From positions 56,376 to 120,375 of the forward strand of contig DUVS01000029.1 of assembly GCA_012840925.1 (NCBI GenBank): DNA of 64,000 bases, in the 5' to 3' direction. This DNA is from Bacillota bacterium. Lineage in GTDB: Bacteria > Bacillota > Limnochordia > Darwinibacteriales > DTU012. The translations under genes and the position numbers were made by a program. Positions 58,470 through 64,000 of the stretch are shown in pieces. How positions within the stretch are numbered: position 1 is the stretch's first letter; the number at the start of each line of letters is the position of its first letter. The notes below the pieces were generated by a model. It ran no database searches. It worked only from the letters and a program-made list of their open reading frames with translations, and was not told the origin of the DNA.

Positions 58470-59624
58470 CTATTCATCTTCTTGATCCTGATCGGGATTT
58501 TTACCAGCATATTCCCTCCGGAAAAATGACGTTAACGAGCTAAGGCCTTGTTTGTTGATCAACAGATAACCAATGATCACAGCACCAGTAATCACCAGAA
58601 TCCAGATGATCGTCCTCCAGGCGGTTGGCCCACTTTGCTTCGCTTCTTGCTGGGCTGTGCCTTCGCTCGCAAGGCCAGCAGCAGCTGGAATTATCTCTGC
58701 GAAAAACTTGGCGGCCTGTTCGGCCAAATCCAGGGGATTGGTATGGGCACCAAATTCCAAAAGAATAGTGCGGGGCCCTAAATCCTGGTTATAATTGCCA
58801 CGGGCATCGAAGATTCCCTCGATAATTCCCGGATACTTCTCATCGGCAACTGCTTTAATCCGCTTGGCATATTCTAGGTTCATCTCACGGTTTTCATTCT
58901 GCCTGCCTACGACTATCCGTACTTTGGTGGCAGGCTTTCCTTCGATTTCAGTCTCGTATACTTGCGGTGGTGTGGCATCGCGATGGACATCAATCAGTGT
59001 GCCTGGTTGATGTTTCATCAGATCCATGGCTGTCCGGCGTGATCGAATATATGCTTCACCATCATGAGGTAAGTGACTGTTGTCGGACCAAATCGCCTGA
59101 TAACCCAGATTTTCTAGAGCGTCAGCCAGGGCTTTTCCAACTGACATAATATCGCCTTCGGTCTTAGACTCCACACCACTGGTAGGTACATATGACTCTG
59201 CATTATGTGTATGGTAGATGCCAATGGTATTCCACTGTTGATCCTGCTTATCTTTGCGGAAGGCAGCAGTACCGAAAAGCTTCTGCCAGAAACTGGGCGC
59301 AGAAGAATGAGCAGAAGCGGATGCAGCAGCGAGCTTTTTTACATCCGGCAGCTCAATTGTTTCTTTAGGCTCAACTTTGATCACATCGCCGTCTATAGCA
59401 ACTACTTCATAACGTTGGTTATCAGCTGCAATGTATGAGTCTCCCACATCCAGGATTCTTGCAGTGTAGGTAAGCACATCGCCCTGGGAATCCTGTAGTG
59501 TGAAGTATCCACCGTCATTCCGTTCATAAAGGCCGCTGTCCAGCCAAGACGCCTGCCCACATGATCCCGCTCCAAGTAAGAAACCCAAGAGAACAAAAGC
59601 AATCAGCATTGATTTCTGTTTCAA
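58470..59624 (-). CDS. spoIIP: Stage II sporulation protein P (engulfment amidase/peptidase)
   Basis: Signal/TM N-terminus. SpoIIP core IGIYHTHNAESY, then DVHRD. C-terminal TM. Confidence 0.85.
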   Translation of the reverse strand: MKQKSMLIAFVLLGFLLGAGSCGQASWLDSGLYERNDGGYFTLQDSQGDVLTYTARILDVGDSYIAADNQRYEVVAIDGDVIKVEPKETIELPDVKKLAAASASAHSSAPSFWQKLFGTAAFRKDKQDQQWNTIGIYHTHNAESYVPTSGVESKTEGDIMSVGKALADALENLGYQAIWSDNSHLPHDGEAYIRSRRTAMDLMKHQPGTLIDVHRDATPPQVYETEIEGKPATKVRIVVGRQNENREMNLEYAKRIKAVADEKYPGIIEGIFDARGNYNQDLGPRTILLEFGAHTNPLDLAEQAAKFFAEIIPAAAGLASEGTAQQEAKQSGPTAWRTIIWILVITGAVIIGYLLINKQGLSSLTSFFRREYAGKNPDQDQEDE

Positions 59625-60334
59625 TCATGACCTTCCTTTCCTTCACCATCGTTCTGGTTTTGTTGGGTCTCCATCTGGAGAAACTCCTCGTTGTGTAGTA
59701 CGGTCTGCCCTTCATGCTCACCGGGCCCCCCTTGGATGCGTTCCCGGGTTTCGCCAACTAGTTCCGCCAACAACACAGCAATGATTCCAGCAATTACCAC
59801 TGTATCAAAAATACCTGCTCCCCCCAGAGCAGCAGTGGTGGGTATTCCGGTTGCCAAAGCACGAACCGTGTGGATGACATCCGTGAGAATGATTCCCAGT
59901 GTACCGGCAATGAAAGCACTCCTTCTGGAACGCCCAGCCAGGTAGCCAACAACGCCGGCAACAATGCTGAACAGCCACATAGGGTCAATCAACGCACGGT
60001 CAGTTGGTCCAAATTCTGTCAACTGACTGACCGCAAAAACTATGCCTGCCGTTACTAAAGCGGCCACAATACCTCGAACCCGCTCCCTGGCTGTATCCGT
60101 ACGAAGCAGCAAATAGATACATAATGCTAATGGGACAAGCGCTCCCCCCACGTTAACACTTATCTCAACTGTTCCCTGGTAAAGAGGGATATCAATAAAA
60201 CTACCGCCTATCATCAAGCCAATAAAGAGCAGTGCTTGACTGTCAGTTAACCGCATCCGATCCAAGACTCTCTGGGCAGCCCCGAAGTAGATCAAAGCTG
60301 CAGTGATCAACAATAAAAGCATACCTGTAGGCAT
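59621..60334 (-). CDS. DUF1614-family membrane protein
   Basis: Polytopic membrane protein, ~238 aa, from the ATG with an AAAGGAGG RBS. The acidic C-terminal tail is Q/E-rich. Confidence 0.5.
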   Translation of the reverse strand: MPTGMLLLLITAALIYFGAAQRVLDRMRLTDSQALLFIGLMIGGSFIDIPLYQGTVEISVNVGGALVPLALCIYLLLRTDTARERVRGIVAALVTAGIVFAVSQLTEFGPTDRALIDPMWLFSIVAGVVGYLAGRSRRSAFIAGTLGIILTDVIHTVRALATGIPTTAALGGAGIFDTVVIAGIIAVLLAELVGETRERIQGGPGEHEGQTVLHNEEFLQMETQQNQNDGEGKEGHD

Positions 60335-60412
60335 ATTAGTCCTCCTTTCCGATCTAAGGCTATTCTTCCCTAGCCGGCAAACCAATATGTAACCCAGGAT
60401 TGGAAGCAAAAA

Positions 60413-60438
60413 AAGCCTTGTCCATTGGACAAGGCTGC
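60413..60438 (-). terminator. Rho-independent terminator after the S1 gene
   Basis: AGCCTTGTCC/GGACAAGGCT stem followed by T6 on the minus strand. Confidence 0.65.
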
Positions 60439-60459
60439 TAAACCCTAACTGACGTTACT

Positions 60460-61917
60460 TTACTGGTCTTTAAACAAATCGCCAAACATGTCTCCTATTG
60501 TAGTCGTTAGTTCTTCATCAGCAGGAGCTTCTTCAACCTTTTCCTGCTTCTTGACTTCTTTGACTACTTCAGGTTTTGGTTCAAGTTCCCGCAGACTCAA
60601 GCCGATCCGTTTTGCTTCAGGATCAACACTGATCACTTTTACCTCGACCTGGTCACCGGCTTTGACTACCTCTTCAGTCTTGGCAACATGGCGATGTGAC
60701 AGCTGGGAGATGTGGATTAGGCCTTCAACGCCGTCCTCCAGTTTGACAAAGGCTCCAAAATCAACAGTCCTTGTAACCACACCGCTGACTCTATCGCCAA
60801 CATGATACCGCTCCTCAATCGAATCCCAAGGATCCGGCAGAGTTTGCTTCAAGCCCAGTGAGATCCTTTCCTCTTCCTTATCGACTCCCAAAACCATTAC
60901 CCGGATCTTGTCGCCCTCCGAAACTACACTGGAGGGATGCCTTACGCGGCTGTGAGCCATTTCCGATACATGGAGCAATCCCTCAATCCCATTGCCAACA
61001 TCCACGAAAGCTCCAAAGTCGGTAATCCGGCGGACAATCCCTTCAACGATCATGTTCTCTTCCAGCTTGTTAAAAACTTCTTCCTTGGCCTTTTGATATT
61101 CCTCTTCCAAGACCTCTTTACGGGACAACACCACATTGTTCTTCTGCCGATCTAGTTCAATAATCTTGAGCTTCATCGTCTGTCCCACATATTTGTCCAA
61201 TTTATCGACATAGTTGCGGGAAACATGACTGGCAGGAATAAATCCCCGCACACCCAAATCTACCAGCAGTCCGCCTTTAACAACCTGAGTTACTTCAGCT
61301 GTGATCGGCTTGCCTTCAGCATAGAGCTGTTCCAGCTCGCTCCAGGCTTTCTGAACATCAGCTCTGCGTTTGGACAGCACCACGTTGTCCTCTGCATCGT
61401 CTACTTTCAGAACCCAGACATCAATTTCCATATCCTCGGCGAATACATCCGAAGGTTGTTGGTTCGGCTTCAAACCCATCTCGTTTAAGGGAATTCTGCC
61501 TTCTGATTTATAGCCTATATCAACAAGTACCTCATCAGGACCGACCTGAACCACTTTGCCAGTTATGATTGTATTCGGTACTGGTGTGGGAATATCCGAA
61601 TAATCCTCCAGGATCTGCTCTGAAACTCCCTTGCCAGATTCATCCTGGGCAACTGGTGCTTCTGTTTCAGCTTCCCCAACCGGTTCCGTTCCAGAATCGG
61701 CGGTTTCAACCTCGGCAACTGGTTCTACTTCCGAGTCACCTGCTTCAGGTTGAGCATCTTCAGGTGTCTCTCCCGCTGGAACTGCAACTACTTCAGCTTC
61801 GGAAGCCTCCTGTTCTGCAGTTTCAGCCTCAGTTTCGAGTACCTCGGTTTCTTGTTTGGTCTCTTCCTGGTCTACTGGACCATTCACTAGCACTTTTTCA
61901 TCTGTAAATTCACTCAT
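60460..61917 (-). CDS. S1 RNA-binding-domain protein (four S1 repeats) with a long acidic N-terminal extension
   Basis: About 145-aa E/T/A-rich low-complexity N-terminus, then 4 S1 domains (repeated GxV..V..FGAFV, HxSE/Q and RxxH motifs). It lies downstream of cmk-plsC, the usual rpsA position. Confidence 0.75.
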   Translation of the reverse strand: MSEFTDEKVLVNGPVDQEETKQETEVLETEAETAEQEASEAEVVAVPAGETPEDAQPEAGDSEVEPVAEVETADSGTEPVGEAETEAPVAQDESGKGVSEQILEDYSDIPTPVPNTIITGKVVQVGPDEVLVDIGYKSEGRIPLNEMGLKPNQQPSDVFAEDMEIDVWVLKVDDAEDNVVLSKRRADVQKAWSELEQLYAEGKPITAEVTQVVKGGLLVDLGVRGFIPASHVSRNYVDKLDKYVGQTMKLKIIELDRQKNNVVLSRKEVLEEEYQKAKEEVFNKLEENMIVEGIVRRITDFGAFVDVGNGIEGLLHVSEMAHSRVRHPSSVVSEGDKIRVMVLGVDKEEERISLGLKQTLPDPWDSIEERYHVGDRVSGVVTRTVDFGAFVKLEDGVEGLIHISQLSHRHVAKTEEVVKAGDQVEVKVISVDPEAKRIGLSLRELEPKPEVVKEVKKQEKVEEAPADEELTTTIGDMFGDLFKDQ

Positions 61918-62163
61918 TCTCTCAATAACCCCCTCGATTACCCGTCCACAGCAAAGGCTTCCGTTCGTGCACCAGAACCGCAAGCGTAACTGACTGCCCC
62001 TACCTCGGACAACTTCCACTACCTTTGTTTTTATTTAAACCTATGGCTGCCTATCATTGAATAATATATTGTTCTTGACAAGACTGCATAGGTTAAAACA
62101 CAACACAAACTACATACTTGTTATAGTATGTCTTCTTTCCCGAAATATTTGCTTGATCGGGAA

Positions 62164-62776
62164 TCATTTCCTTGTTTCAATTCTCGCTCGATAGCCAAAT
62201 TCCTGCTGATTAAGAACAGTAAATTGTGTTAAGATCTGATCATTTATGCGAGCCAATTCTTCTTTTGGCACCCGTTTTCCTCCTTCCGGGATAATGGGGG
62301 AGCCGATTAACACCTCGATCCTTTGGCGAAAACGATACTTTCCGCTTCCCTTAATAACGATTGGAACAATTGGTGCCTGCGCCCGGCTAGCTAACAGTGC
62401 CGCTCCGCTGTGCAAGGGCAGCAGTTCCTCACCTTTATTGCGAGTCCCCTCAGGAAAAATGCCCAACAGCTGCCCGTGGGCCAACACCTCAAGGGCAGAA
62501 CGGATTGCATTGCGGTCAAACTCACCCCGCCTTACCGGGAAGGCGTGTAATTTACCGAAAAACCAACTCGAGACAGGAGTCCTGAACAACTCGGCCTTAG
62601 CCATGAAATGAACAGGCCGATTCACAGCCACACCCAGAATAACCGGATCAAACATGCTGGCATGGTTGGCTACCAGGACAGCAGCAGTCTCCGGGATGTT
62701 TTCTTTACCTACCACGGTGAATCGAAACCACAATTTTACAAGTATTATTGCGAGTACTCTGAGTACTTTATACACG
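62164..62776 (-). CDS. plsC: 1-acyl-sn-glycerol-3-phosphate acyltransferase
   Basis: NHASMFD (HX4D) and FPEGTR motifs. GTG start with a GGAGGG RBS. Confidence 0.8.
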
Positions 62777-63442
62777 ATTTTCCCTCCGTACAACCAAAGC
62801 AAGTATCTCTTCCACGACTTGATCGACAGACAGGTCAGTGGTGTCGATCTCAACTGCATCCTCAGCCATGCGTAGTGGTGATATTGCCCGTGTTGAATCG
62901 ATATGATCCCGTTTCTTGATATCAGCAATCACCGCTTCCAATGTCAGTCTGTGCCCTTTTTGCACCAATTCGGCCAACCGGCGCTTGGCTCTCTCCTCGA
63001 CGGAAGCAGACAAAAAGATCTTCAACTCCGCCTTGGGCAATACTGTTGTCCCAATATCACGCCCATCCATGACCACATTGCATCCAGAAGCCAATTCCTG
63101 CTGCAAAGCTACCATAGCCCAGCGCACCCTGCCATGGCTTGATACAACCGAAACCGCCTTGCCTACATCAGGGTGACGGATCTTTTCACTGACATCCTCG
63201 CCGTTCACCAAAACCCGGCATGATGTTGCGTCAGCCGCCGGAAGCAACTGCAGGTCCATCTCCTGCTGGATTGTATAAACATTCTCCTCATCGTAGGGAT
63301 CTGCATCTTTTTGCAGGACAAGATAAGTCAAAGCGCGATACATTGCTCCAGTATCGATATAAATGAACCCCAATCTTTCCGCCACCAGTTTGGCTACCGT
63401 ACTTTTGCCTGCACCGGCAGGCCCGTCAATAGCGATCTGCAT
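62768..63442 (-). CDS. cmk: Cytidylate kinase
   Basis: IAIDGPAGAGKST Walker A, YIDTGAMYR. GGGGGAGG RBS. The extension to 63553 is rejected. Confidence 0.9.
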   Translation of the reverse strand: MQIAIDGPAGAGKSTVAKLVAERLGFIYIDTGAMYRALTYLVLQKDADPYDEENVYTIQQEMDLQLLPAADATSCRVLVNGEDVSEKIRHPDVGKAVSVVSSHGRVRWAMVALQQELASGCNVVMDGRDIGTTVLPKAELKIFLSASVEERAKRRLAELVQKGHRLTLEAVIADIKKRDHIDSTRAISPLRMAEDAVEIDTTDLSVDQVVEEILALVVRRENRV

Positions 63443-64000
63443 ACAAAACCTCCCCCAGCGCCTGGATGAACCTGCGGTTCTGTTCCATAGTTCCAATCGT
63501 AACCCTGATACAGTTCGGCAGAGCAAAGGAATCTGTCGGGCGAACAATAACACCCTTAGTCAGCAACTGTTGAGATACCTGCTTGCCATCTCGCTGCAAA
63601 TCAACCAGTATAAAATTTGTTTCGGTAGGTATAGCCTTAAGCTTAAGCAGTTCGAACTGCTGATATAAATACTCTTTACCCTGCTCATTCACTTCAATGC
63701 TTTTACGCAGGTGTTCCTGGTCATCCAAGCTTGCACAGGCTGCAGCTTGGGCAAATTGATTCACATTAAACGGTTCTTTGACACGCTCCAAGGCTTTGAT
63801 GATCTCTGGATTGGCAATACCATAACCGATTCGCAACCCTGCCAGTCCGTAAACCTTGGAAAAAGTACGTGTAATCATCATATTAGGATAATACTCCATT
63901 AGTTTTACTGCTTGGGGGTATAGTTGACTGGTAACATATTCGTAATATGCCTCATCAACTACAACCAGAACATGCTCGGGAACTTGGTTCAGAAACTGCT
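63426..64000 (-). CDS. Class I/II aminotransferase (histidinol-phosphate aminotransferase-like), 3' part only. The 5' end lies beyond the window.
   Basis: C-terminal aminotransferase fold (RTFSKVYGLAGLRIGY with the PLP Lys, NVNQFAQ, NFILV, RVTIG). The frame stays open upstream to the window end. Confidence 0.7.
   Translation of the reverse strand, partial: QFLNQVPEHVLVVVDEAYYEYVTSQLYPQAVKLMEYYPNMMITRTFSKVYGLAGLRIGYGIANPEIIKALERVKEPFNVNQFAQAAACASLDDQEHLRKSIEVNEQGKEYLYQQFELLKLKAIPTETNFILVDLQRDGKQVSQQLLTKGVIVRPTDSFALPNCIRVTIGTMEQNRRFIQALGEVLYADRY

Overview
This is a 64-kb chromosomal core segment from an endospore-forming Firmicute, most likely of the Clostridia class. The evidence is the sporulation genes spoIVA, spoIIP, spoVK and sigH, two CotF-like coat proteins, a YIEGIA/DUF3189 module, and the Firmicute-type cheC/cheD and sbcE/sbcF genes. 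By eye the GC content is moderate, and Shine-Dalgarno sites of the GGAGG type are strong. Gene density is high, with about 70 CDSs, three tRNAs (fMet, Trp, Pro) and several intrinsic terminators. No transposase, integrase, phage gene or CRISPR array is visible. Gene order along the window: a chemotaxis operon cheA-cheY-cheC-cheD-cheB-cheR followed by a FapA/DUF342 gene; miaB, mutS, mutL and miaA; spoVK, a small GTPase and a ynbB-like gene; sigH; mgtC and surE; an SOS node of lexA divergent from a yneA-like LysM gene with Cheo boxes; a secreted hydrolase; tyrS divergent from an alaX-like gene; menA; sbcE/sbcF-like genes preceded by another Cheo box; trxA; a liv-type ABC operon; a YtpB-like terpenoid synthase convergent with a long-chain polyprenyl synthase; a DUF438 protein; cotF-like genes; tkt and pduL; an EF-G paralogue; hup, spoIVA, plsY and der; DUF3189, a small ORF and YIEGIA; spoIIP; a DUF1614 gene; an S1-domain protein; plsC, cmk and a hisC-like 3' fragment. 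The observations I rate highest are the uncharacterised YIEGIA three-gene sporulation module, the YtpB-like plus polyprenyl synthase pair (a candidate sesquarterpene/C35 terpenoid locus), the LexA boxes upstream of the yneA-like and sbcF-like genes, and a minimal standalone G-domain GTPase with two membrane proteins in the position where Bacillus has HflX (hfq is also missing from the miaA-spoVK junction). All protein-family assignments come from reading the translations and were not checked against any database.
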